DNA from: Selaginella moellendorffii
Taxonomy: Eukaryota > Plantae > Lycopodiophyta
Assembly (NCBI RefSeq): GCF_000143415.4
Contig: NW_003314410.1
Coordinates: 1-64,000 of the forward strand
DNA: 64,000 bases
Direction: 5' to 3'
Both the position numbers and the translations under genes were made by a program. The stretch's first letter is position 1; each line of letters begins with the position of its first letter. The notes under the pieces are model-generated. The model ran no database searches and was not told where the DNA came from. It saw nothing but the letters and a program-made list of their open reading frames with translations. Below, piece by piece: positions 23,430 to 36,200 of this stretch.

Positions 23430-23978
23430 TACATGCCTCCTAAACGTAAAGAAACAGAGCACCCCTCCCTGGAAGCAGCAGTAGAGGCAGCACATCGAGC
23501 AGCCCACAATGGCGATGAGCGTGGCGATGATCGAAACGTAGGCGATTCGCCACACGCGGTGCGGCCGGAGGATCCCGAATCCACCAAACACATCGGTGAT
23601 GGCGAGAACCATGACGACGAGACCAAAGATTTCGATGCCCCACACCCGATGTTTGACTCCCACCAGGTGGAGAAATGCCATCGCCAGCAGCGCGATCGCG
23701 ATGCCGAAGTGGGCTTTGTGGTTGGCGATGCCGCCGTGAGAGATCACGCTCGCCCAGAACCCGATCGCCGTCGCGGCCGCGGCGATGGCGTAGAGCGCCG
23801 CCTTGAGAAGGATGTGAGATCGCGGCAGGGGACTGGGCAGGAAATTCTCCCTGTAGACGAGCATTGGGACGAGGATCCCCCATGAAATCGCGCAAGCCAG
23901 GGCGTGGCCGGACCTCAGTAGCGACTCATCATTGTGGGAATCTGGAAATGGAGCTGGAGCTGGAGCTGGAGCCGCCAT
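23409..23978 (-). CDS. Cytochrome b561-like membrane protein, paralog of 22621-23187
   Basis: GHALACAISWGILVPM, NHKAHFGIAIALL, DVFGGFGILRP..WRIAY; first ATG at 23978. Confidence 0.7.
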   Translation of the reverse strand: MAAPAPAPAPFPDSHNDESLLRSGHALACAISWGILVPMLVYRENFLPSPLPRSHILLKAALYAIAAAATAIGFWASVISHGGIANHKAHFGIAIALLAMAFLHLVGVKHRVWGIEIFGLVVMVLAITDVFGGFGILRPHRVWRIAYVSIIATLIAIVGCSMCCLYCCFQGGVLCFFTFRRHVQAEDDF

Positions 23979-24103
23979 CCGTGTTCTTCCACCGTGTGCT
24001 TCCACCGTGTTAAAACCTTATAGAATATTCCATTCTTAAAAAGCTAACGAATTAATCAATTAATACTTATTAAATTCCCATTTCAAGTGAGTACAATCAA
24101 CTT

Positions 24104-24177
24104 GCTGGAGTAGCTCAGTTGGTCAGAGCGTGTGGCTGTTAACCACAAGGTCGGAGGTTCGAGCCCTCCTTCTAGCG
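24104..24177 (+). tRNA. trnN-GUU: tRNA-Asn (GTT)
   Basis: Cloverleaf with acceptor GCTGGAG/TTCTAGC, A box TAGCTCAGTTGG, anticodon arm TGTGG-CTGTTAA-CCACA, B box GGTTCGAGCCC. Confidence 0.97.
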
Positions 24178-25544
24178 AGAAAATAAATCCTATTTATCAT
24201 TATTAAATCAAAATTCAATATTTTATTTCCAACTAATATCTTATGATTATGATAAAGTAACAACTTTTAAAGTGAAGTGTCAGTGTATAAGATCCCTGAA
24301 TCCCTAGCAATGCCATAATATCCCATTCAAGGAGAAGAAAGGGCCTTCTCTCAACTCGGAAAAGCCCAGACTGTGTTTGCATGTTCGTTTTGTCACCTTA
24401 TAGACAGGCGACCCATGATTTGCTGGCTCTTTGCTCGCAGCCCTTGTCGGTAACTCGGTCAAACTCCCCACCACTCACTCAATCCATGGATTTGATCGAT
24501 CCAGCCTCTCCAGCCATAGAAAACAAGCTAAAGAACAAAAATTTGGCCTAGATGAAATCAAGCTCTCTCCCAATCTCGTGTGTTCAATGCAATCGCTCCA
24601 CCCATTGGCCGAGTTAATGGTAATATAATCACAATGTGGGGGGCTCTTATGATAAGCGTGGCGGGCGCGCGATTCTTTCTCCAAATGGGTTTTATAAACA
24701 TCGTCACACGATCTGGGGCGTGGTGTCCTAAAAGTATAGCAAAATTTAATCGCAAATATCCTCAATACAATCCAAAGCGCTGCGCTGTGATGGAAAAATG
24801 AGCGTTACACAACAGCGCCACATGCATGGAGGAATATCCACCGACCAAGTGGGCGCTGCAGCGCATCCGCACCGTCAAATTTGGCGGGAAAATGTTTTTC
24901 GTCCATGGCTATGGAGGAACAGAAAACAAAAGGGGGGTATCGTCACCCGCTGGGTCAGTACGTATACGGATAAGGCATAAATCAATCAAGTTGCCATCCA
25001 CGTACAATACTATGGGACCTCTACGATACGGCCTCAAGCACCCTAAAAGAGGCACGTTTGTACGGTGTTCTTGGCTCCCTCTCACCTCAGCTAGCGGCTT
25101 GAATGCCGGCACACAGGCGCCAGCTCCATCCCGATGGCGCTGCCCTTGATCGAGCGATATTACGAGGTATTGGCTTGTGATTTCTTCGAATCGGTGTGCG
25201 AGGCCATGGATTTCCAGAGGTTTTCAGGGACCGTCGGCGTTGCAAATCCACATTTCCGCGGAGCTGTGGATTTCGCTATCGCACTCGTGAAATGTGAGTG
25301 ATCAATGCCGTGCTTCTCGAAGGCGGGGTAGATCGGTAGTTCTGGGACCCTGGCAGACAGGGGAAGTGAATCTTCGTCGGGATAGTGCATATATTTCGGA
25401 GCGAGAGGCAAGTACCGGGGACACTCTCGATTTTCCTGCTCTCCTCTTTCTCCCTTCTTTGTCTTTGCTTTTGCCTTGCACATCGTAATATTTTCCAAAT
25501 CATGTCCCTTCTTTTCTCTTCCTCACCCTTTGGTTTTCAGGAGC

Positions 25545-28500
25545 ATGGGAAACGAGTACCATCAATCGTATCAGCAAGGCGCTGTACACAACTCCTCGAA
25601 GGCCAAGTCACAGTTTCAAAGGCAGCCGCAGCAGAGAGTGGGAGCTCCGGATCCTCTACTCAGAGAGTTGTCCGCTCTAAGTCGGGCGCCATCGCTGAGG
25701 GATCCGTCTACGAGCTCCGTTTGGAAGTCGGGCTTGCCTCCTCAACATAACAGCACCAACAATAGGCTAGACAAGGAGCTCCCTGCTCGTCTTCGTGGAC
25801 GAGAAGCCAAGCTTGCGAAAGCGGCAGCAAGTTTTCAAGGGGAAAGTGTGGATCAAGATGGCTACGGAGAGGAGGAGATTGAGCAGGATCAACTTAGAAC
25901 GGAATGGCAGGACAAAGTCGTCAACTGGATAGATGGTGGTCTTCGGGAAGGTGAGCGAAAGCAGGCGCTTCTTCGGAGCATCAGCGAGATACTGAATCAA
26001 AAGATGGATGCTCCGGATAGTAGCTCCAGCGCCAACACAAAGCTGCGGAAAATTGGATCCCTGGAGCACCAGAGGCCTCCGCAAAACTTGAGAAGGAACA
26101 GGCACCAGAAGGAAGGTGGCAGCAGAAGAGGCGGAAGAATTGCGTGGAGGGAGCAAGAGGAGGAAGGGTATGAACTGGAGAAAGCATTGGCCGTGACAAG
26201 GCACGAAGCGGATCCAGGCTACGATTACGAGGAGTCCGACAGTTCTTCCGACGACGAAACAGACGGCTTAGTTTCTCACTTGCACTCTCCGTTACTTGCC
26301 ATGCAGAAAGAGCGGAGGGTGAGACGCCATAGAAAGCTAGCGACGGGGGACCTCGGATGTGCAAACTTTGGCTTTTCTATGGGTTCCCATCCATACAAGA
26401 AGTTCCTGCCACGAAAGGGCCATGAAGCCGATGCTTACGACGGGACTGAAGGCAGTCACGGGTGCGGCCTCCCATGGTCTTACTGGCCAAGGCACAAAGG
26501 AAAGAACCTCCTCGAAGTAGCCGGGAAAAGTCTCTCCTGCTATCCGGACATTCCAAGGAGGAAGATCACGGGTCAAGAGATGATCCCGGCTCCTGGGAAC
26601 ATACCGGTTTCTGCAAACACAGATAGTGCTGCTGCTATCTCGAACCTGTCACTTTTGGCTGGTAGTTTGGAGACGGATTTGGACAGGCTCTCGAATGGGA
26701 AAAGGCACAGGAGCTTGAGCCAGAAGTACCGTCCCAAGACCTTCAGGGATATAGTTGGACAGAACATGTTGGTGCAAGCTCTTGGCAATGCCGTGACCAG
26801 GGGGAGGATAGCACCGGTATATTTGTTCCATGGGCCTCGTGGAACTGGAAAGACTTCGGCTGCTAAAATCTTGGCGGCGGCATTGAACTGCGTCTCTGTG
26901 GAAGATACTCGGCCCTGTGGAGTCTGCAGAGAGTGCTTGCTTCTCTGCCTGGGGAAAAGCGGAGACGTGAAAGAAGTGGACGTTGCAAGTCACGACTCAA
27001 CAAGTCTAATGAAGAAGCTGCTAATGGACGCTGTGGTTGGGCCGTCATCAGGTCGTTACAAAGTTTTCATCATTGACGAGTGCCACACACTCACAGCAGA
27101 GGGGTGGAACGTGTTTCTGAAATGCCTCGAAGAACCCCCAGAGCACGCGGTTTTCATTCTCACCACGACTGACACGGAGCAGTTGCCACATCCGGCGTCA
27201 ACAAGGTGTCAAAAGTTCCATTTTCCCAAGATCAAGGACTCGGACGTGGTGAGCAGGTTGCAGGCTCTCGCTGCAAAGGAAAGCTTGGAGGTGGAGAAAG
27301 ATGCGCTCGACCTCATCGCGGCAAGGTCTGGTGGTTCGCTCAGGGATGCTGAAACAACACTGGATCAACTTAGTCTCGTGGGACAGAAGATCACTCTAGA
27401 AGTGGTGCAAGAGCTTGTATGTTTCAGGGGTTAGTGTGCTGTGGTTTCTAGTTTATTCTTAGAGATTTTTTCTAGATCATGACTAACATTGTACGAATTT
27501 TTTTCAGGTTGGGCTGGTGTCCAATGCAAAGCTGGCGGATTTGCTGGACATGGCTCTTACTGGGGACACACTGAACACTGTCAAGTGCATTAGAGAGTTC
27601 ATGGACGCAGGTGTTGAGCCACTAGCTCTCATGTCCCAGATCGCCACCCTGATAACGGACATCCTAGCAGGTGGATACATGCCAGCAAGCGACAAGGGAT
27701 TTTTTCATAAGCACGCATGTGAGTATTATCTTGAGTTTTTTCAAACAGTTTCTAAACAAATTTGAACTTTATGTCGTCAGTGTCTAAAGATCAGCTGGAG
27801 AAGCTGCGACATGCTCTCAAAACGCTGTCGGAATCTGAGAAGCAAATACGATCTTCTCAAGATCAGACAACATGGCTGACGGCCGCTTTACTACAGTTTG
27901 CTCCTGATCCTCACTCTGGATTTCCTGGGTCCTCTGGTAGAACAAGCAATACACCCAGCATATTAGCAGCTAATGACACGAGCGAGAAGGAGACAATAGA
28001 GTGGGAACCTCCGCTAACAAAAGAGTCCTGGGATGACGTAGAACATCAGCACCAAGCTGTTCTCTCTGGACACCTGAATTCCCTTCAGATTGACGCAGAG
28101 AACAACTTAAAGCACCAAGCTGTTCTCTCTGGACACCTGAATTCCCTTCAGGTTGACGCTGAGAACAACTTAAATGGTCAGGACACCACAGCACAACAAC
28201 CATCGGCACTTGGAGAAGGTTGGAACTTTGAGTGGTAGAATTTCTTTGTTTCCTACGTGTTCTTCCATGCGCAGGTGACAGGGTTGCGCTCGAGCGTCAG
28301 CAAAAGCTACTGGACACTTGGATACGGGTTCTGGAAGTCAGCCAGTCCAGCATTCTCAAGCAGCTTCTTTGGAACCACAGTAGACTGTCGTCAATATCAA
28401 TTGAAGGAGGTAAATGACCGTTGAAATGCTTTCTCCTCTTCACAAAATGGTTTACTCAGGTCGTGCAGTAGCACATTTGGAATTTCTACAGGCTGACCAC

Positions 28501-29205
28501 AGAACAAGCGCCGAGAGGTCAAAAACCAGCATATCTCACGCGTTTCAACTAGTTCTCGGCTTTCCGGTAGAGATTCGCCTCCACCTCTCTGGAGACGAAG
28601 ATACCAAGTCCAAAAGCCACGAGCAGAAACTCTTGCCCGTTTCAGCGGAGTTCAAAGTTCCGGCCTCGCCTGCAAAGTCATCCGTACCGCAAGCCGAGTA
28701 TCTCAACTCTCGGTCATTTCCCGTCTTCATCGGGAACGTCAAGCGCGAGGGCGACGAGTTCCCGAAAGGCTCGTGGGACTTTGAAGACTTTTCGCACAGA
28801 AAGTCTGGCAGCTCCGAGAACCACTCGGAGAACGATGGCACCAAAGGTTGGGGACTGCGTCAACAAGGCAGACAAATGCTCCAGATTCAAGGCAGACGGT
28901 TCAAGCTTAAGACGGTGCGAAACTTTAGCACGGATCTTTGCTCGGAAGCGGGGCAGCACGTCGAGTCCAAGAACCAGTTGAGTAGTGATTATCTTTTGCT
29001 ACTACTAGTGTTAACAGTTAGTTTTTCTTGTCCTTCCAGGAAACCAAGTGCTCGGCAAAAGCAAGGTGCCAGTCTACTCTGCTGGAAGACAAACAAAGTG
29101 GATGAAGACGACGAAGAAGTAAGAAGCGATTTGGTACGAATGCAAAGGTTCTAAGTTATCTTCTCTCATTCTCAGGAAGCAGAGCAAGAGGCCGCGCGAC
29201 CATAA
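25545..29205 (+). CDS. STI: STICHEL-like protein (DNA polymerase III gamma/tau-like AAA+ domain), ~7 exons
   Basis: SLRDP motif, GCGLPWSYW, RSLSQKYRPKTF.DIVGQ, Walker A GPRGTGKT, VFIIDECH, GSLRDAE. Confidence 0.9.
28048..28173 (+). repeat. In-frame 63-bp tandem duplication in an STI exon
   Basis: HQAVLSGHLNSLQ(I/V)DAENNL occurs twice. Confidence 0.95.
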
Positions 29206-29522
29206 GTTACGAGTAGGTAAGCAAATGAATAGTATAATATCAATGGTGTTATTCGCCAGGAAAGTATGAGCACGACTGTGTTTATTTACTCGGAGATGGC
29301 AACAAAACTATTGAGAGAAGTAAGGTTATAGAAACATCGTAGACTAGGAACTAGAAGATAGCTACGGACGTACGTTAGGCACTGTTTGTTTAGCAGGAAC
29401 TCGAGAGAGACTAATACATAACGATGATGTTGCAGCGTCCTCTGATCAAAGAATTGAGTCACACAAACAAAGCACGGCCAGATCCCAGCGCTCTCTTTTA
29501 CTTGGGAAGGCTTTATAGACGT

Positions 29523-30154
29523 CTAGCGCCCCACAATGACATAGACGGCGTAGATGATCCCAGGGATGTAGCCGAAGACCGTGAGCAGCAGGCAAATCCA
29601 GAACTCGATCTGCCACGGAAGAGATTCCAGGCGGGCCGGAGACGAAACAAACAGAAGAAACAAAACCACCATCAACATCAGGCCAGAAACAAAGACAATC
29701 TAAAAGTCTACAGCGTTTATTTCACAGCTCTTGGAAACAAGAGTGGCGGTGGAAGAAAGAGAGTGGAGTGACTCTCAGCGGACGAGAGGCTCACGCCCGA
29801 AGCTACGACGCCTGCAAAGTATGACATAGACTGCGAAGGCGATCCCCGGCAAGTAACCGAGAACCGTGAAGAGCAGGCAGATCCAAAACTCGACCTGGTC
29901 GGAAACGGGAAGAAAAAGTGAGGCGGGATCATGACGATGAGAGTCAACAAAGCAGAGCACGTCCCTCTAATCTACTTTACTTTCCTCTAAGTGGCTACAG
30001 AGAAAAGCAAACGCAGAAAAAAAAAGGGCTGAGAAAAGAGTGGGAAAGTTTTTGGCGAGCCTACCTCACATCCATACTTGAAGAAAACCCCCACTGGCGG
30101 GAGAAGAATCGCCAGGAGGATTTCCAGGCATGTCGCCGTGGTGCTATCGTCCAT
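29523..30154 (-). CDS. RCI2: RCI2/PMP3 small membrane protein A, short isoform (exon 30065-30154 + exon 29523-29609, 58 aa)
   Basis: MDDSTTATCLEILLAILLPPVGVFFKYGCE / IEFWICLLLTVFGYIPGIIYAVYVIVGR*; phase-0 GT-AG. Confidence 0.75.
29775..30154 (-). CDS. RCI2: RCI2/PMP3 protein A, tailed isoform (exon 30065-30154 + exon 29775-29894, 69 aa)
   Basis: Same first exon / VEFWICLLFTVLGYLPGIAFAVYVILCRRRSFGREPLVR*; AATAAA downstream. Confidence 0.8.
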
Positions 30155-30603
30155 GCCGCTGCCGCCGCCGCCGCCGCCGCGAGAAATCTCTTCTGCTACA
30201 CAACGAGAACGATCCAAATCGATCGCCGAGCTCGCAATTAGAATGTACCTCTTGTAGCGCCGAGATCGCCCCGCCCCGCCTCGCCAAGATAGAAACCCTA
30301 AGCTCCACAATGCAAAAACACACACTAAAAACAGCTAGCTAGCAATGCCACGTGGCGGGCTGGCTGGCTGAAAACGCAGGTGTACCAAATGGATAGATTC
30401 CTCGAAGTAAAATCACCACAACATTTTTTACTCTACGCGAGAAAAAATTCCACCATTATGGTAGCATCCAATTTAACAAGAGCTTATTAGGCGTTGCTAC
30501 CTTCGTAACTGTTTTTTTTTCTCCCCCCTATTTTTTCCGTTTCGTTCGCTTCCAATCCAGGCTAAGTATCTACAGCGACGAGGGAGCACCACAACGAAGT
30601 CAC

Positions 30604-30865
30604 TTATCCAACCAGCACGTAGATTGCGTAGATGATCCCCGGGATGTAGCCGAGAATTGTGAGCAGCAGACATATCCAGAACTCAATCTGAGAGAAAACC
30701 ACAAACCACCGAATTAGCTCCAGCTTTGGAACGCATTCAAGCGGAAACGACTTCGAAAGAGCAAGAGAAAGATCAAAAACTCACCGCGCAGCCGAATCTT
30801 AGGAAAACCCCCAGCGGAGGGAGGATGATGGCCAGCAAAACATCGATGAAAGTGGCGCCAGCCAT
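30604..30865 (-). CDS. RCI2: RCI2/PMP3 protein B (exons 30785-30865, 30604-30687; 54 aa)
   Basis: MAGATFIDVLLAIILPPLGVFLRFGCA / IEFWICLLLTILGYIPGIIYAIYVLVG*; TATA-like sequence ~30965-30974 and ABRE CACGTGTC ~31062 upstream. Confidence 0.92.
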
Positions 30866-31435
30866 TTCGATCGCCTGCGACTCCCACTTAGAATCAAAGC
30901 TGCGATGGATAGAGATGAGCCAGGAAACAAGAAAAGCACAACACTTGCCTCTGCTTCCCACGAATTATATAAAAGGCGACACGGCAGCTAACACGCGGCA
31001 GAGGATGGCACTGGACACGCTTCCAGCTGGCGCGATCGCGTCTGTCGAGCAACGACTGGCCCACGTGTCACAACCATAGCAACAGGCATCGTACTCCAAA
31101 AATAAAAAAGAGGCCGAAAAACAGCAAAAAAAAAAAAAATGTTGAGAGAGACATACCGGCCGAACGAAAATCTCCCGTGGATATGGATGATGGATATACG
31201 CATCGCTAATGGCACCTGCAATCCAGCATTCACTAGCGAGTGAATAGCTCCAGACAAAAGAGAGAGAGCCAAGCTGAAGCTATCGACGAGAATTGCAATG
31301 TACCGTGTTGGCTCGCGACCAGAAAACCGAGGAGCGGCAGTAGAACACGACACTTTTAAAGTTGCGAGAGTTGGAGCTCCCGACTCGATGTTCCGGAGCT
31401 ACTGCATGGGCTGTGCGTGCCGAACTAGAGCGGAC

Positions 31436-32949
31436 ATGGACTTGGACGCGAGATCCACGCGCTCGGCGCTACAATTCCCGTCTGTGCGAGAGGCTGTTAG
31501 CAACTATGGCGAGAAAGTGGTGGAAAAAGCACCGAAACCAAACGTGGTGGAGGTGAGTTACCTTCTTGTTCCTTTTTCTTCTGACTCGTTCAACCTTGTT
31601 AGAAACTGGCTGCGGTGGAGCAGGAGCTGAAAACTGCCAAGAACGAGATTGCGAAACTTAAAACCGAGTTAGCTTTGTCAGAAGAAAAATGGTTACAGGC
31701 AGTCAAGGAAGGTAACGAGACTAAGAAGATGGCGAGTGAGATGGCGAATGAAATGGCAAATAAGCTCGATGCAGCCATGATCGCAGTACAGGTTTGTGAT
31801 AGCGCTAGAGTCGAGGCTCAGAAGCACAGCGAAATGGTGACCCAAGCAGCACAGACAGCACGCTCAGCTTTGAAGGAGGAAGCAGAAATGATGAAGACTG
31901 AGCATCGAAAGCAAACCGAAGAACTCCAGGCGGAGGTTGCAAAAGTTGAGAAGCTCGTCACAGACCTGACGGGAAGCGAGAACATCGCTGAAGGGCTGGC
32001 TAAACTGCAGCAGCTGGCGTTTGATACGATGCAAGAGCTTGCCGGCGCGAATGATTTGTTGGATAGCCTGGCGCGAGAGCTAGAAGAGTCGAGGAGGGAA
32101 CTGCACAGGTTAATGGACACGGGAGATGAGATGGAAATGATCAGATCTACAAAGAGGACGTTAGAGCTGGCCAACACTGACTATAAATCTCTATTTGGAG
32201 AGGTAGCAAGGCTTAAGCTGAAAAGCCTTACCTTGAGAGGCGAACTGGCAGAAGCACAAGAGGTTGTGAAGGCCACAACAGCGGAGCTGAACGAGGTAAG
32301 GCTCCAGCAATCCGGCCTGGTCGATGAACATGCAAAAGAAACAGCAGAGTTAGCGAGCAAGCTCAGCGCCCTCAAAGAAAGAGAGAAGCTGCTCCAGGAA
32401 GAACACTCAAAGTTGAAGGACGCTTTGATGCATGCAAACACTGAAGCAGATGAACTGAAGGCCGCTCTGATAGCGGAGAAAGAAAAAGCCAGAGTAGAAG
32501 GCGAGCAACTCAAATCCAGTATGGAGAACAACGCAGATAAGCTCAGTTCTATAGAGCAGCTCTTCATTGATTTTAAGAAGTCACTGGACGTGAAAGAATC
32601 GTCAGCAAACCGAAAGATAACAGCAGCGCTTAGCGAGGCCAGCGCCGCCAGGATTCGAGAACAACACATGATGATCAGGCTAGACGCACTGAGGGAGGAG
32701 CTGGACGAAGCCAAGATGGCAGCAAACAGAGCATCTAGGAAAGCGGAGACCACGGAAGCTGAGAAGCTGATCATAGAGAGCGAGCTGAAGAGGTGGAGAA
32801 AAGCATCCAAGCTTCTCAGTGACCGGAGCACTAACAGCAAACACCACCGAAGAACAGCACTGGACGAAGAAGAGTCGCCAGAGTCGGAGCTTGAACAGAG
32901 CAAGAGTATACTGGGAACATACCTCTCCAGGAAGAAAGCATCACGCTAA
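31436..32949 (+). CDS. WEB1/PMI2-family coiled-coil protein, 2 exons; start could be 31388
   Basis: N-terminal FPSVREAVSNYGEK (WEB F.SV.EAV..FG motif), long coiled coil, C-terminal AE.AE.EK...ESELKRWR. Confidence 0.75.
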
Positions 32950-33239
32950 GCTTTGGCCTTGCTTGCATCCCTGCACAAAGAGTAAAAAGGAACTTTTAAA
33001 TCATAAACTAGTGAACATTACCACTCGACTAGAACATAGGAGAGCACCAAATCTATTCTGGAAGTGCTCCTCTCCAAGCTCTTCCAAGCCAAAAGCTGAG
33101 AGCATATCCTATAGGCAGGCTTCATAGTCAGTCTACAAAAGAAACTCTGCCACTCAATATAAACAGACTAATCGTCCTCCCCCTCAAAGAATGCCAGAAA
33201 ATCTTACGTCCAGCCGACCTTGCGAGGAGATTGTCTCCG

Positions 33240-36200
33240 TTAGTTGCCGGGGGAACCTGCCGATTGCTTCGTCTCCGCGAGGTGCTTTTCCACAAATTTG
33301 TCGACGAGTTCTCTTATCTGCAACAGTTCATCATCATTATAGGCTACAAACAGGAAGAACAAAACACAAAACACAAACCTTATTCTTCCTCTTGCCGTTA
33401 AGATAGTCTGAAATGTTTACGTCAGTATCGCGTATCCCATCTCGTTCCATCACCTATACCAATAATCACTAAATCAACAAGTGCAAGTAGAGTTTTTTTA
33501 CCTTCATGGTTGTCTTTTTTGCGATGGCTTTGAACGCGTCCTTCTGGATCTTTCTGGTCTTGTACAAAGGTGTCAATAAATGGACAACGTACTCTGATAA
33601 AGCCTTCTTGATCTGATCCGGAGTGCAACGGTCCTTAACTTCATAGGATTCGGATGGAAATCCCCGTCGTTTCCTGTCATCCCTCAGCCTATCGCCCACA
33701 CTAAAAGTTTCGAAGTTTGCTGTCCCTTTCCCAACCATCTCTGCATCTATAACCTGTTCCTGATGCTGCGGTCCGAGATACTCACCCATGACCTGTGAAT
33801 TACCTTCGCCTTGCAGAACAACGTTCGGACTACTTGCGTTACTACAGCTGCCACTGAGATCTAAAGGCAAGCCCGAAAGTCTCCGAGAGCCATCGCTCGG
33901 CCTCCGATTCAGAACCTCGGGGAATTTCCTTCTCTTCAGGTCCACTGGAACATCTTTCGTCACGACCTTTTCCCGCTTTGCAAATTTGTGAAAAGACAAG
34001 ATCTTCGGGGGTTCAGGGAGAGCTGTTCGCTCGGCTTCGGCATTTGCATACGCCTACAGAAAAAAAGGTAAGTATCCACAAGGTTTGAGAGATAACGTAA
34101 AACCTCAGCAGCAGCAAGAGCGGCAGCTTGACACGCTTCCGCCCTGGCACGAGCAGCAGCCTCCAAGTCCGAAATAAGAGGCTCGTTTTCTCCGGATTCA
34201 AATTCTACCGGACCTTCTGAACTCGAAGCACCGTTTTTCTGCTCGTGTCTACTGGTCGCCTGTTCAGCATTTCCGTGGCTGTGGTCCCTTTGCGACGATG
34301 AGCATGCGGGAGCAGAAGAAACAGCAGTATCGTCCTCCTTTTTCACGACGTTTTTCCTAAACTGCTTCAGCATGGCCTTTTCCCGACGGTAAAACTCGCA
34401 CCACATCGCCACCAGTTGGCCTGCCAATGCGCGGATATCTCTCGATGTGTGTTGGCATACTTTTTCTTTAATTGTTCTTCCAATACCTGTACGTCGACTA
34501 TTAGAATAAATATGGACAAAGAAAAGCGTACCAGAAAGACGAACAGCAAGCATATCCGTAGCTACGGTAAGAAGAAGACGAAGACAGAGTCGTAAGAGTT
34601 GTGTTCCATCCTTTCCCATAGAATCCTGCACCAAACCATGAGTTTAAAGCATAAGGAAAATTACAATGGCGTACCAGTATCCATGAGTTCAATATTGAGA
34701 GTCCAGTTTTAGTTCCCACAAAACCCTTCACGGAGGACGCTGACAGTCCGGTCATCTCTTTTGCCAGAAACAATTTTCCGGCTGTAGTCTTAGCGTTTCG
34801 GAACATGTCTTTTAAGAGGTCCGCTCTCGTGAAAGGCTCATCCTCGCCATCCAAAGAGTTTCCTTCCCTGTACTTATTGTTTGCATACTCGGCAGCCTGA
34901 ATCCTGATTTGCATGTCTCTAACTTCGTTTCTCTCGCTGTCAGGTTGCCTCTGTGCGGCAGTCATTTCCTCAGCCTCTTCAATCAGGTCCCCTCTGTTTT
35001 CCAAAATATCAAGTATCCGCACAGCCTCTTTCAGACCACTCAAAATGGCTCCTCCCACGGTATCAGGGTGCTCCTTGCAAGTTGCCTCACCCGCGAAAAA
35101 CACGCAATCTTCCACAGGTCGTCCCAGTATATCGTAGTCTTCGCCAGAAGCACCAACAGCTACGTAAGAATACGCACCTCTGCTGTACTGATCTGATCCC
35201 CAGTCTGTCACTTTAAAAGTCTTGGGCTCCGGAACTTTCGTACGACCGTAAAGCTTCCGAAGGATCTCAACAGCATGAGACACGAGGAAAGACGAGCCAG
35301 ACTTTGCGTCGTCCACTGCAGCTTTCCCCACTACGAGCGCTATCAGAACCGGAGCACCGACTGTCTTGACCAGATTCCAGAACATAAAACATCTGCCGCG
35401 GGACTCTGTGTCTTCCCCAGTAGCACCAAATATATCCACGTTCTCATCCCAGAACACGGTCTCGAATTCGAGCACGACCTTGTTCAGCGTACCAAAGCCA
35501 AGCCGACTAATGGAACCGGACTTCCAGGACGGTAGTTGCGGGACGAACTTGATGGACTGGGCTTTCAAGCACCCAAGCGGAACTGTTACCAGAACAGCGT
35601 CGCACATGTGGACTTCGCCATCCTCTGTCTTCACTCTCACTTGCTTCTTTTTCCCGGTTTTGATATGGACGTCCTTTGCAGTGTATGAAACTTCTGTAAC
35701 TACTCTCCCGAGCTTCACGTCCAAACCTTGAGCTAAAGCTTCCACCAAAGTGCCATACCCGCCCTTTATCATGCAGTGTGGCCCAGCAAAACCGCCGTAA
35801 GTATCGTCCTGGTTCCAGTAGGCGAGGGATACTTTCTCCAGCTGAGCAGCGCAGCCGTACTCCAGGTTCGCAAAATGCCAATCCATGATTCGTCTTTCAA
35901 GCTCAAGCGAACAGCTTAAACCGTCTTGTTGATGCAGTACACCGTCCTCAGTCGAAGGATCTGGAGCACTGCTCGCAAGCTCAGTTATCTTCGCCTGCGT
36001 CACATCCGCGACTGTAACTTGACTTTGGTCGAGGATTGTGCTCTTCGGTATATGTAATCCCTTCCGCTTCGAAAGCGCTTGCTCAAGACCCTCCTCAAGT
36101 GACATTCGTAGTGCCGCGTCGCTGTTTTGAGCCACTATGGTAATAGTATCATCCAGTAGAGTATTCAGCTTGTCCTCGAGAGCTGCGTCTATGTCAGCCG

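Noticed and set aside
11314-23978. Iron-related gene cluster (4Fe-4S DnaJ, ILR3-like, cytochrome b561-like)
   Set aside because: Interspersed with unrelated genes; no evidence of co-regulation; consistent with chance in a dense genome.
25545-27416. Bacterial dnaX horizontal transfer
   Set aside because: Has spliceosomal introns and STICHEL-specific N-terminal motifs; this is a known plant family.
31818-32903. Long antisense Ser-rich ORFs opposite the WEB gene (also opposite the MFP1-like, COL and GCP3 genes)
   Set aside because: Shadow ORFs produced by Glu/Lys/Ala-rich or GC-rich coding strands.
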